This document shows, piece after piece, positions 37,035 to 50,749 of a stretch of DNA of 64,000 bases. Within the stretch, counting starts at the first letter, position 1. The number at the start of each line of letters is the position of its first letter. Origin of the DNA: Dipteris shenzhenensis (lineage: Eukaryota); assembly GCA_047967505.1 (NCBI GenBank), contig CM106538.1; one strand, written 5' to 3'. Under the pieces are notes generated by a model. That model saw only the letters and a program-made list of their open reading frames with translations, ran no database searches and was not told the origin of the DNA. The translations under genes were made by a program, and so were the position numbers.

Positions 37035-38807
37035 TGGATGCTATGCTTGAGGTTTGAGGAAGCTCTCAGAGACAATAGCAAATGGAAGCATAGGAATCCT
37101 TTCAACACGCACGGAAAGCATGGCAGTTAGAGCATCTATATTCTTAACCAACCTCAGCTCACCCTCTTATGCCATGAACCTCTCAGTCCTTTGTTATTAT
37201 TATTAGCGGTTTCGTTACACTTTTCATAAAAAAGTGCCACACCATTTTTCACCATGTGGCCCCCTATTATTTCGGTTTTTTCTCTTTCACTCTGTGTGTT
37301 ACGGAGTTTGCAAATCATTCGGACTTTCCTATACACGGGCTTCCATCATAGGTGTTGCAAATTAATCATTCATTCTTCTTGACAATTGTTTTCCTTTGAC
37401 ATAACCAATTGCCTTGACATAACCAATTGAAGGCAATGCTCACGAGTACTTGTACTCCTTTGTTGCACATGTAGACATTTCAGTAGTAGTCTCATAGTAG
37501 CTTTTTGACAGCCTCTTCCCTCCACGGCCCTGGTTTGCAAGCCAATTGGCTGCCAAATTTCAAACTTGGTTCACTCGTTGGCTCTTTTTTTTTGGGTGGA
37601 AAACCTGGTTCTCTAGCAGAAAAGCCAATCACTATAAGTCAGCCTGGACAGCGACGACATGGTGGTTTACATACCACCCATCTCACTTGAATAGGCTCTT
37701 ACACATAAGAGCAATATTCCGCTTATTATTATTATAAGAGCAATAGTCACATAAGAGCAATAGTCAACTTATCATTATTATAGCTTTTATTTTTTGTAAC
37801 TTGCCCACTTGACTTGCTTGAGACCTACACACCCACGTCCCATGAGTGTAGGCCCCTCAAGAGAGGGCACATCACACCTCTCTTGAGTGCACGAGAGGAT
37901 TTACCCTCCCCTGTCCCCTTATATGAGAGTCAGTGAGACCCAATGGCAACCATAGGCTATGGAAGCACTCAAGGTTGGTGCCTCCAACCATTCTCAGCAT
38001 TGGAGACTCTCTTATATACATCCCTTCAAAGAATCAAAAGGTTTATTTGACCTTCACTACAAGGGAAACCTTAGTGTGAGCAAACAATTTGTCATGAAGA
38101 GTACATCTTTTAAGGAAGTCAAGTTAGGTAAACCGAAGAAAATGGCTAATAAGAGAAAACAAATACAATTTATGTATATGTAAAGTACGTGGTAAAAAGT
38201 GTGTCAAAAGAAACAACAATCATTCGTCAGCATCCATATAATGCATGTAAAGTGGGCGAGGACTTGTTGGTATGATAAGCTTTGTGCAAGTTTTGTTAAT
38301 TACTCTACATTCTCTCTAAAAAATAGGGTCACTTATTACTCATTCCATTTACAACATTTGCTACGTTGATAGATAAAAAGGATAAGCGACTATCCACATG
38401 TGCAACGTCATTTTTTTCTCATGGCTATAACATTGGAACTACTGCGGGAAAGAAAGTTAAAGGTCTTTAACTAGAGCTGTTGCCACCGTTTAGAGGTTCA
38501 CTCCATGTATACTATAGCTAAGGTATGCACACTCCCAGGCAAGGTAATTGAAATCAGATACTGCGTAGTCCACGTGGCACCTCCACTAGTTAATATATGC
38601 CCAGATATGTATGAGTGCATTCTGAGCATAGGCAATTGTTGTAGTTAGATGCTTCTTTAGTATACAAAGAGGAAACACATATAATAGGTAGGGGGACATA
38701 TTTCTAGGCCCTTAGTGCCGAAATACCCATAAGAAACAAAGGCAACAATTGAGGTAATAAAATACAAAACAATATAGTTGAGACTCAATCTCTATTCGAG
38801 ACAAGGG

Positions 38808-39559
38808 TATTGACATGCGCATACGTTCAAGCCATGAGGATTATGGAAGGGACTAAAAATGGAAATTTCCTATGCCTCTTCTCTCCTGGTTGGCTGCGTG
38901 GTAGCATCAGCAATGTCCATCATGAACTTCATGTTATATGTGGAGCTAGATCTTTTTTTCGAGATTTTTTTTGGGCCATGCTTTGGACCCAGGCATGCTC
39001 ATACCCATTCCGTGAAGGGGAGGTAGGGGAGGCAATGCCCCCCCTAGGACGTTGCCGGGGGGTTCTAAGGGGGTTTGACGACATGCATTAGGCCCCCCTT
39101 GGTGGGGGTTTGAGGGCAGGCCCCTGAAGCTAAAAATACATCAAAATTGATGCATGAGTTGCTCACAAGTTGTGTGGTCAAGTTTGTAAGATAAGAAGTG
39201 TGGCTCACATAGCAAGAAAGCACTAGATATAATGCTTGTATCTTGTATCTTCTCGCTAAGTGAACCATGCATATTGGTGTCTCTTTGTCTTTTCCATTCT
39301 GTGTGTTTTCTGTATTGTGTATTTTACGTGTTCCACGTCTTGCATTGTTGCTCCGTTATCACGTTGCTCCTAATAACTAGTATCAAAGCATTTGTTTTAG
39401 CAATGTCCATTGACTCGTTAGGAAGGAGTGGGAGCAATGACAATAGAAGGCAAGTTAAAAATTGAAAAGTTCAATCACAAGAACTACCAGTATTGGAAGC
39501 TACAGATTGAGGATTATTTATACCAAAAGAATTTTTCTTGCCATTAGGCAGGATCGCAA
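38808..39559 (+). mobile_element. Truncated Copia: 5' LTR, degenerate PBS and gag start
   Basis: PBS-like tagtatcaaagc at 39378-39389. ATG at 39437 gives MTIEGKLKIEKFNHKNYQYWKLQIEDYLYQK (Copia gag N-terminus). Confidence 0.8.
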
Positions 39560-42500
39560 ATGCTTTGGATGGTTGAAGTAGCCCCAAACCCCATTTTTCA
39601 CCAAGTGTTATGCACAACCGGTAAAAAACACGCTTTGAGGTTTGTTATTCAAACACACTCATTCCTGATGTTACTGATACTTTGCACCTATATCAATCCC
39701 AAATATGTTGATGCATGTGCAAAGTATCGTGCCCATCGGATAGCTTTGGATTGTCAAAGTCACTACAAACCCCATTTTTGACCAAGTGTAATGCACAACT
39801 GTCAAAAAATAATATCTGAGGTGTGTGATTCCAATGCACACATACCCGATGGGCATGATACATTGCATGTGTGTGAATCCCATCTATGTTGAGATGCATG
39901 CAAAGTATCATGCCCATCAGATATGCTTTGGATAGTCAAAGTCGCCAAATCCCCAGTTTTCACCAAGTGTCAAAAAATAGTACCTGAGGTGTGTTATTCG
40001 AACATGATCATACCCGATGGGAATGATACTTTACATGTGCCTAAATACCATTGAATCTGAGGTGTGTGAAAAGTATCGCGCCCATCAGATATGCTTTGGA
40101 TGGTCGAAGTCGCCATAAACCCCATTTTCAGCAAGTGTTATGAACATCGTAAAAAAATAGTGATGTGAGGTGTGTTATTCGAACACAATCATGCCCTATG
40201 AGGACCCTATGGTCAGGATACATTGCACTCACATCAATACCACCTACACTGAGGAACGTGCAAAGTATCATGCCCATTGGATAGGCTTTAAATGGTCGAA
40301 GTCACCACAAACCTGTTTTTCACCAAGGCAAAAAACATGCTCTAAGGTGTGTTATTCGAACACGATCATACTCGATGGGCATGATAATTTATATGCACAT
40401 AAATCCAACATATTTTAAGGTGTGTCCAATATATCATGCCCATTGGATATGCTTTGGATGATCAAAATCACCACAAACGCTGTTTTTGACCAAGTATTAT
40501 GCACACCCGTCAAAAAATAGTATCTGAGTTGTGTTATTTGAACGTGAACATACTTGATGGATAGGACACTATGCACACATGTCAATACCACCTATGTTGA
40601 GGTGTGTACAAAGTAACGTGCCCATCGGATTTGCTTTCAATCGTTGAAGTTTCCATAAACCCCCTTTTGCGTAAAGTGTTATGCACATTGTCAAAAAATA
40701 CAATCTGAGGTGTGTTATTCGAAAGCGCTCATACTAAATGGGCATGATACCTTGCATACAAGTCAATCCCACCTACTCTTAGGCATACACAAAGTATCAT
40801 GCCCATCGGATATGCTTTGGATAGTCAAAGGCACCTGAAACCCCATTTTTCACCAAGTGTTATGCACAACTGCCAAAAAACATGTTCTGAGTTATGTTAT
40901 TCAAATGCGCTCATACCCGATGGGCATAATAATTTTCACATGCATCAATCTCACATATGTTGAGGTGTATACAAAGTATCGTGAATGCTCTCATACCCGA
41001 TGGGCACTTTTCAAAGTAATATGGACAATTGTTAAAAAACTGTATTCGAGCTGTGTTATTTGAACGCACTCATACCCAATGGGCATGATAATTTTCACGT
41101 ACATTAATCCCACCTATTTCGTAAAGTGTTATGCACACTGTCAAAAAAGACAATCGGAGGTGTATTAGTCAAGTGCGCTCATACCCGATGGGCATGATAT
41201 CTTGCACAGGCAGCAATCCCACCTACGCTAAAGCACGTATGAAGTAGAGTTCCCATTTAATATGCTTTGGATGGTCAAAGTTGCCACAAACCCCCTTTTT
41301 CACCAAGTGTTATGCACAATAGGCAGAAATATACTCTGAGGTGTGTTATTGAAACATGCTCATACTCAATGGGCATGATACTTTGCATGCACATCAAATT
41401 TCAATCTCACATATATTGAGGTGTGTGAAAAGTATCGTGCCCATTGGGTATGATTTGGATGGTCGAAGTTGCGACAAAGCTCATTTTGACCAAGTGTTAT
41501 GCAAAACTATCAAAATTTATGCTATGAGGTGTGTTATTCGAATGCACACATACTCGATGGGCAGGATACTATGCATATGAGTCAATCCAACCTATGTTGA
41601 GGTGCATGCAAAGTATCGTGCCCATGGGACATGCCTTGGATAGTCGAAGTTGCCACAAACCCATTATTTAGCCAACTATTATGCAAAACAGTCAAAGAAT
41701 AGTATCTGAGGTGTGTTATTAGAATGTGCACATACCTGATGGGCATGATACTATGCATACATGTGAATACCACCTAGATTGAGGCACGTGCAAAGTAAAT
41801 TTCCCATCAGATATGCTTTGGGTGGTCGAAGTCACCATAAAATCCCTTTTCTGTAAAGTGTTATGCACACTGTCAAAAAATACGATATGTGGTATGTTAT
41901 TCGAACATGCTCATACCTGATGGTCATTATACCTTACCTGCAAGTTCGTAATACTAATATGAGGCATGTGCAAAGTATCTTGCCCATCATATATGCTTTG
42001 TATGGTCGAAGTCACCACAAACCCCTTTTTTAACCAAGTGTTACGCACAATTGGCAAAAAACACGCTCTGAGGTGTGTTATTCGAACACGCTTGTACCCG
42101 ATGGGCATGCTACTTTTCAAGTGCATCAATCACATAAATTTTGAGGTGTGTGAAAAGTATTATGCCCATCAGATATTTTTTTGATGCTCGAAGTCGCCAC
42201 AAAACCCCATTTTTGACCAAGTAATACGCACAATCATCAAAAAACAGTATCGAAGGTGTGTTATTCAAATGCACTCATACCCTATGGGCATGATACTTTG
42301 GATGCACACCAGTACCACCTATGTTGAGGTGCGTGCAAAGTATCATGCCTATTTGATATGCTTTGGATGGTCAAAGTCGCCACAAACCCCATTTTCCACC
42401 AAGTGTTATGCATAGCCGGCAAAGACCATGCTCTGAGGTGTGTTATTCGAACGCGCTTATACCCAATTTGCATGATACTTTGTACATGAATCAATCACAC

Positions 42501-42700
42501 ATATGTTGAGCCACATGCAAAGTATCACGCCCATCGGATATGCTTTGGATAGTCAAAGTCGCCACAAATCCCGTTTTTCACTAAGTGTTATGCACAATCG
42601 TCAAAAAATAGGTATTGGAAATTGGAATTGAGTTGAAAATTCACCAAGTGTTTTTCAACAAGTGTTATGCACAATCGTCAAAAAATAGGTATTGGAATTT
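39559..42700. repeat. ~180 bp satellite array (~17-18 diverged monomers), each with an internal inverted repeat
   Basis: Recurring atgctttggatggtcgaagtc...accaagtgttatgcaca...tgaggtgtgttattcgaa...ccgatgggcatgatactttgca-N~30-tgcaaagtatcatgcccatcgg. Confidence 0.95.
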
Positions 42701-45412
42701 CAAAAATGCTAAGTTTCTGTTATATTAGCAAGGTAGAGGTAATACGGCTCACATGCAAATGCATCATTAAGCAGAACAGACTTGATACTAATCCACATTT
42801 ATAAGTTCACAATACTATCAAATGGGAGTGGTGTTTTAAAATAAGGCTTTATCTAAAGCAGCAATATTCAATGTAGCAAAACTTTCAAAATACAATCATT
42901 ATGACCATGATTCAAACAACAACATTTTTATTTTCTGTGTACAAAACCCATATTCTAGAAAAACGATTAGAATTGCATTTCATAAATTTACATTAATTCA
43001 AATTACTTATGTAGACCTTCCTTAAGCTAAGGGCAATACTTGATTAACCTGGCCTAGCCTAACCTAGCTAATCTAATCTGCTAACCCAACCTAACCTAAC
43101 TTGACATTAGGGAAGGGGAGGCTTTGGCAACATCATTGCCTAGGGCATAGACTAAGCCCAGACGCAAAAAGGATCGCGAATAGCAGACCAACATGCTAAG
43201 AATTCAACCCATTCATTTTGGTAGCTCACCCTTTCTCTTGGTATCCCTGCCCCAATCCAATTCAGCTAAAGCTTTCTGCCTGAACCCTCATGCTTTGTTT
43301 TGGATAGACGAAATGCTTTCACTTCGCTTGTTTGGTCATGGATCGCTCTTCAGCTCTAGGTTGTAGAAGTGGAACCAATGGCTTGAGGGTTTGATGGTCT
43401 AGAGGGGCTCTTTTGTGAAGTAGCAATAACTCTCACAAGATGGGGTGTGTTATTTGCATTGCCACCTCTCTTCATGCTTCTTGTCTACAAGCATCGGTAT
43501 TACCATTGCACTGCTTGCCAGCATACCACTAATGTTGTAAGAAACTAGGACAACCTATCACATGGGCCCAATGGATGGTCTTTTAGCACACGTTTGCTCA
43601 AGCCATGTTTGGACATTGCCAATTTGTGATTCAAGATAAAGAAATGCATCAGGCTCTTAGTTTACCATGAAGATCACGGGTTTGGACATCCTGTTCTAGC
43701 ATTCTCTTCATGTCCTATATAACCTTGGTCTTGAAATTATGCAACCTACCGGCGCTCTCTATCACAAGTCTCCATCTCTCTCTCGTACAATCTTTTTCTT
43801 TGCTTTAGTAACTACTCTCAAAGCATCTAGTTAGGGAAAGGGACAAAATATTTGCCCATTGGTGACTATATGAAGGATTTTAAAATTGCATGGGTGAAAG
43901 CATTTAAGTAAATTTAAGGAAAGGGAGGGACATAATAGGCTTTCGGTGGTATCCTTATAAGCTTAGGTAGGGGTGTTTTATCATCTCACAAGGACTGTGC
44001 ATAGGGGGCTTTCTTGAGGTATATGCACATAGGTGATGTCCCCTTTATTAAGAGTGACCCCCCCCCCCCCCCCCCAACTCTTCTCATGACTAATTGTGGT
44101 CCACCTTATGTCAACATGCTAGGTACAAAGCTATGGACTATAATCTCACTCGACAATATGAAGTCTACCGGTGGTAAATTTATTCGATTAAGTGGCTTAA
44201 TTTTTAGTTACCAATGTCATGAGATTACTCTTACCTTATTTGTGATCCCAATAAACAATGCATTCACACAAATGTGAAAACGTTGATGAAATCACTTGTT
44301 TTGATTTAGTGCTACATAGACTCTTTAAAAGGGTAGTGCGAACATTAAAAATTGCTTGTTCTCAATGAGTAAGAAAGCATAGAATTGTCCCGAGGGGGGT
44401 CACTATGTAATAACCCCATATAGCATGTACGATCCTCAATAGGTATTTGTATACCCCTTATACCCCTAAAGTATGTATTTTTATGTAACTCCACAAGAAA
44501 ATCAATCCCTCTCGTTGATTGCATGTGCTACCCTTCCACGAAATTCTAAATTTTGATGGGGAATTCAAAAAATTCCATTTTTCTTAAATAATTCTATGAA
44601 ATAATACCAAGTTATCTATAAGTCTCATTTTCCAAAACTTTGTGGGATAATACTAAGAATAATATGGTTCTACTCCATTAAAAAAGTATGGCATATACAA
44701 TAATAGCCTTGATTTGTTAAGAAAATATCCCTCTCTAAAGGATATGCTCTTTCTTTGAGAAAAAATTAATCTTCAAAGAGTGTTTTCTTATGTTTTTCCT
44801 ACACCTATATATTTAGTTCCTTTTATTGCTTCCTTAGTTGGGATAAGATGATAGTAGTGCTAGAAGAAAGTTGTTTATTATGAAAGTCGAGAATAAAGGC
44901 CAATGGCTTGTGTTGAAATCTAACTTGATAAAAAGCATATTTGAGAAATTGGTGCGTGCCCATTATGTGCATAAGTATACTATATATAATCCAACGCTTA
45001 CCTTTTGAAGGCCATGAGAGTCTTGTTACATGTCGAAGAAGAAATGTATGCAGACTGTCTTTTAAGCTGTACACAATTGTGAACCATAAGATTGTCTATT
45101 AAGCTCTACACAATTGCGAACCATAGAATGAATATATGGGGAATATATGGTTGTTGAACTTGTAACGTAGTGCACCTTTGACGACCCACCATTGTTGTTG
45201 ATAATGCTTGTCTATCTGAAATATAAAGGTTGTGTGACTGCAACTGTACACAAAAAGTGGGCCTGTGAAGGCAATGCAAACTTAACCAAGCCAAAAGCAG
45301 CTCTGTGCTTGAACGTGGAACCTGGGATGAACAATAATGTATCGCCAGCTTATGGATAAGATTGGTGATCGACATCTTTCTTGCAGGACGCCTTATCACC
45401 TTCTGTAACCCG

Positions 45413-45420
45413 CCTATAAG
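45413..45420 (+). promoter_or_regulatory. Candidate TATA box of the MIR536-like locus
   Basis: cctataag about 130 bp upstream of the first hairpin arm, followed by a pyrimidine-rich leader. Confidence 0.35.
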
Positions 45421-45530
45421 TCACCTACGCCTCTTATCTAGAGCTGCACTCCACACTACATATCTTATCATCTTGTCTTCAGCCTGAGAGAGAGAACAAT
45501 GCAGATGGAGTTTTTGGGTTGTCCAGAGTC

Positions 45531-45851
45531 CATGCAAAGGCCATGTCCTGCTCATTGGGTGCAGCAGCTTCGCACAATGCGTCTCCTCAAATCTCAGTGC
45601 TGCAAACTTTGCATATCGATTCCTCTATTATCTCCTCTGCTCAGCCTTCATTGCACTCGGATCACCTAACTCTCGTCGAGGTTTCACACACATGCAAAGG
45701 CCATGTCCTGCTCATTGGGTGCAGCAGCTTCGCACAATGCGTCTCCTCAAATCTCAGTGCTGCAAAGTTTGCATATCGATTCCTCTATTATCTCCTCTGC
45801 TCAGCCTTCATTGCACTCGGATCACCTAACTCTCGTCGAGGTTTCACACAC
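45531..45851 (+). repeat. 160 bp near-perfect tandem duplication covering the miRNA star arm
   Basis: Units start at 45531 and 45691. One difference seen (gcaaaCttt vs gcaaaGttt). Confidence 0.95.
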
Positions 45852-45972
45852 TTGCCTTTGCTTCACCTGCTCCTAGCTTTCATCAGGGTGCCTTTGCCTG
45901 CTTCTCCAAGCTTTGCTGCACTGACGGTGGAACGCATTGTGCCAAGCTGCATGCACCAAATGAGCAAGAACA
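45704..45972 (+). ncRNA. MIR536: MIR536-family microRNA precursor; candidate mature TTGTGCCAAGCTGCATGCACC at 45937-45957
   Basis: 5' arm gctcattgggtgcagcagcttcgcacaatgcgt...tcagtgctgcaaag pairs with 3' arm ctttgctgcactga...acgcattgtgccaagctgcatgcaccaaatgagc. The mature candidate shares the GTGCCAAGCTG..TGCA core with moss miR536, as recalled from memory. Confidence 0.8.
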
Positions 45973-46902
45973 ACATCCCAGTAAAGCCTTGAAGCCTCAG
46001 AGTTCGCCTCCAAAAGTTTCTCTTGGAAAGGGCTCATGAATGCACAGGATGACCAAATTCCGTGGCTGATTTGCGCTTCCAAAGTCAACAAGCCTTTGGA
46101 TGCAATACTCTCTCTTGTGTATACCTTGCATGCTTCCCATATGCTCTTCGTACCTTTTTATTTGCTATCGTATCAAAATTACTTATCGCAGAAACGCACG
46201 CAGTAGGTCACTACCATCTATTTCTATACTGGTTTGAAATAGGTGCATGTGTTAAATTGCATGGGTCTTTCATTCTAACGAGTTAAACATCTTTACCTCG
46301 AAGGCACTTGGCGCTCTCTTTTGGTGAGCTTTTTGTTTTCCCCAACGCCTTCACGACCACATTCACTCGTTCATGCTCGCACACCCATCACTCACTCATG
46401 ATACCCTTTGGGTGGTATCCCCCTCCAAATTAGCCAAGCAATGTATAAATACCATCAAGAACGTCGTGTTAGTTATGCACCAATTGAATGCCATATTCAT
46501 ATAGATTTGATATCAAATGTTAGTTATGCACCAATTGAATGCCATGTTAGTGTCCCCTAGAAGCTCAATGGTGGCTATGGCTGAAGGCATGTAGAGTCTA
46601 GAAGTCATCATGATTGGCATAAGTCAAGATAGGCAAGATGGAACACTACACAAATCTCAATGAAGACCTACATATGGGTAGGGTAGCCTACAAGTGTCCA
46701 CATAACTTGCAATACATCTTGGTGTTCATTGAGACTTCACCCAGGACCTTCCAATGAGAGGCAATTATTTCAGCCACTTGCAATATAAGCTCAAGGATCT
46801 TTCAATGTTTCTAGATTAGATGGTATTGAATGTAATTAGATGACATTGAATATCTCACGTTGTATTAATTTTGGTCATTGCACTACATACCAAAGGACTA
46901 TA

Positions 46903-47051
46903 ACCATGTGTTAAATGGCATGAAGTTTCATGTCTCCTAAAGTAATACTAGTAATAGAATGTGAGACTTCACACACCATATGTTAAATGGCATGAAATTT
47001 CATGTCTCCTAAAGTAATACTAGTGATAGAATGTGAGACTTCACACACCAT
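46903..47051. repeat. 72 bp tandem duplication
   Basis: accatgtgttaaatggcatg...gagacttcacac occurs twice. Confidence 0.9.
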
Positions 47052-49472
47052 TAAAACGTCAATTTTATGAAAGATTCGCATTCACTTTATATTGAAAGGA
47101 GAAATTATTCAGATTGATAGTTTACAACATCTTAATCTTTGTTTGAAACACATACTTATGAATAGTCTATATAAGGATGATAAGATTGCGTACATGGCTA
47201 TGAGTCATGACACATCTTTCTAACATGATTACTAAACCAAATGTTTTGATTTTGTGGCTCTTTTGTGAGATAGTGATAGGTATCAAGTGTGACCTTGGAG
47301 ATGTGTTAATGACATGACATTCTTTGACATGACTAGCTTAAGGGGAAATTCTAAGGAGTTACTTTTTCTTTTCAAATTCTAACTTCATACATTGCATCGG
47401 ATTTAGCCATACTTGTCTTCTTTTTTTGCACGAAATTTCCCCTCTTGAGCAAGGTATAGCAAGTGACTTGTTCGTTTTATCTGCCAAAGCTTAATAGGAC
47501 TCCCTAAAGGCCTCATGCATGAATTAACTCTGTTTCAATGTTTAAGTAACATCTAGTAATTTTCATGATCATGATTTACTATGGTAAAGATTGCGTACAT
47601 GACATAGGAAATTCTTACACTATGTCTTCATGATGAATTTTAATTTAATATTTTGATGGATTTCAATTGATACAAATAGTGCCTATAATAAATTCTCTAA
47701 TTGTAATTTTAACATACTTACAAGGTCATTAATAACATATTCTATAAAAGTAACCCTTTGGCTATCTTTAAAGGCCTTGCACCTAAAGGTTATCTTTAAA
47801 AGTAACTATGTGGTTATCTTAAAGGGTTCACCTAAAGGCCCTTAGTTGAGCTAGACGATATTTGGTTTTAAACTTATTCAAGAACTTCTATGCTTGGATG
47901 CTTCACTAGATCAAATATATAACTAGTCTCCACATTACTAGACTTCTAGCGCCTCCTTGTACCCCCCTTGGAGGAAATGGAAGAGGCATTTTTTCCTTCA
48001 TCAATGTTTATAATACTTTGATGGCTTATATTTTAAATTTGACCTTGTCATCTTGCATTATATGCTTTAATATGCTCTCTCTCTCTCTCTCTCTATGCAC
48101 ATGCATGCACGCATGCATGCACATGCACACACATCCACTTGCCTAGTTCTCCGTACAAATGAGGGGGAGTATTACCCTTTGGGATGAACTTGGAGAACAT
48201 TGATACTTTCCTCCTTATAAAGGTCATTTATATATAGTTGGGTACCATTTTGTGCCACTAGAAGCTCTTTAAATAAAGTAGAGCATTACTTTTATTTCTC
48301 CACATATATATGATTAGAAGCTCTTTAATAAAGAAGAACATTGCTTTTATTTTCTCCACACATGTATGATTAAAATGGGGAGAATGTATAAGAATGTATG
48401 AGTTTCTTAGAGATGGAGGGAGATTAAATTTATTTTTAATCACTATGCTATTTATTCTACCATGATATAGAACAACATTTTGATTCATGTATCCTTAATT
48501 GGGGCCTACTAAGCCAAAGTGGAAAAGTGAAATTATAGAAATATGGGATTATTTAGTTTAAAGTTTATGCTTTACTGTGTAATAAATTTAGTACTTAAGA
48601 TTTTGTTTATACAAAAGGAAAATATCACCAAAAAAAAAGGAAAAATTGGAGTTTTAGTCCTTTTTATGGTTTGTGCATAGGATTAAGCCACATCAAGGAT
48701 ATACTCACCCCCTTGTAATGACAAGTTTAAAAGGAATGATCAATAGCGCACATTGGAACACTCAACCACCTTGTTGGCATTAAGGTAGATTAGTAAGCCC
48801 ACTAGACTGTATTTGTGATGGGAGCATCTTGAATCCAGAGGTAGGAAAACGTGTGAAAAGAAATTCCAAGTTTTTGAAAGGCATGTAGTACTATACTTTA
48901 CTCTTTTATGAATTGAAAAGACCATATGAGAAGATAATCTCCCAATAAATGTAGCAGCAATGATTCTAGAGAATATCGTGCAAATTGAGTTTAGAGACAC
49001 TTGGCACAGGGCTCAAGAAACTCGGCAGTTTTCAAGGATATAGTATGGTAATTATGGCATTGGGCAAGGACCGCTCACCCCTCCTTTTTTTACGATTAAG
49101 TTTTAGCTAGAAAGATATGCTGATTCTTACTACCACTCTACTCTATATTACAACGTTTCCTTTCCTTTACCAAGCATGGGAACAATGGGAGGATAGTAAC
49201 GACCTCCTCTTGAATGATTCACTTATTATAACACCTACCTTTTCTTTCTTAACTTGCATACATGAGCACTATTTAGGGAGACTTGGCTTGTGGGCTCTAT
49301 TGAGCTGGGTACTGCGTCAAAGACATGGATGCATACATGTTTGGTTGAACTAAAAAGAAGTGTCCATGGACAATGCTTTGTGTGTGTGTGTGTGCATTGT
49401 CTGCTCTTCTAAGCTCTATCTTTTTTCAATTCTTTGTCAGCACATTGCTTTAACACTATTTTGAGAGCACTA

Positions 49473-49475
<3 letters not shown>

Positions 49476-49542
<67 letters not shown>
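49476..49542. repeat. (CT)n microsatellite
   Basis: Perfect run. Confidence 0.95.
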
Positions 49543-49545
<3 letters not shown>

Positions 49546-50749
49546 CTGTCTTTTCTTATAAGCTCTGCGTTTCTTGTACTTCTTTCTTTGCCAACGAAAT
49601 GGTAGGTTTTTTTACTGCAAGAAATATATTGGATTTTTTGTTCTTGATTGATCTTTTAGAATGAAACTAGTGATACATGTAGTGATCTTTTATGTTTCTT
49701 TTTTGTAGGTGCATCTAACGTATTTGCCTTTTACACTAGAGGATGTCAATGCAGGGACACGAACACATCCGACTGATCGAGAACAAGAGGTAAGCACTCT
49801 AAGAGAATATGAGGCTGCAAAGAAAAGAAACGATTGACAGAAAGCAAGGATGAAGCAACAAGCTATTGCAGATCAAGCTAATGTTGTTCAAAGTAGGATA
49901 TCTTTAAACAAATCATTTCTCATGTCCCTGTGTCAAGCATTTACATAATGCAAACGATGGACTTCAGTTGTAGGGAGAAATTACATCCAACTTTTGCAAC
50001 ACCTTAAGTCATGTCAAGCAGCTGCAAAATTCTTCAAAAGGTCAAGCGCCTTAAGTCATGTCAAGTAGCACCTTAAGTCATGTCAAGAAGCCACAAAAAT
50101 CTGATGAAGTTTTCTTCAAAAGGTCTACCATGATGATGGTGATGAATTCTAATGGACCAAAAAACTAGGAATTTAACATTACAAAATCCTCAAAGCTTTT
50201 GGGTATCCATAGAAGGAATTTTTACTCTGTAAAATCTCATTTATTCGTCAAAGATTAGGGAATGTTGTTGCTATTTGTGTGTCGAAGACAACAACAAAGA
50301 TGTAGTAGCATTACACAAGAGGTTTGGGATATTGTCTTTGCATTTTGAACTCAGGAAACAAGGGTGTCCCCAATAAGAAATATGTATTTCAAAAGAGGTT
50401 AGGCATAAAAAGCTGCATGAAACATCTTGTCCATCTTCTCAAGGAACCTCAGGCCAGTGCACTCACTGCTTTGTAGCTTTCATGGGATTGCTATTGGGCA
50501 ATTCCAATAGACATAATAATGCTTTACACATTCATTGTCCCCCCATGAACTATGGATTTTTAGATTGGTTTTGATTGAGGCCATTTTTGATTTCTTTGAA
50601 AATGCTATGTGGCTACTGGAAGCCATAATGAAGCTCACATGCAATAAAGCTAGCAATTCTTAGTGCTTTTTGACTTTTTTGGAATTGCTTGGGGCCATGT
50701 GGACTCCCCCAAGCTAGCGGTCACATAGACTCCCCCAAGCACCAACTAA

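Noticed and set aside
37919-38018. Imperfect hairpin upstream of the gene
   Set aside because: Pairing is too interrupted for a miRNA precursor. Likely a TE or LTR fragment.
39559-42700. CRISPR-like or integron-like array (palindromic repeats with variable spacers)
   Set aside because: The spacers are homologous to each other, there is no cas or integrase gene, and the context is eukaryotic. It is a satellite.
45519-45992. 157 aa ORF with an internal repeat
   Set aside because: The duplicate is read in a different frame (160 bp unit), and the region is better explained as a miRNA foldback.
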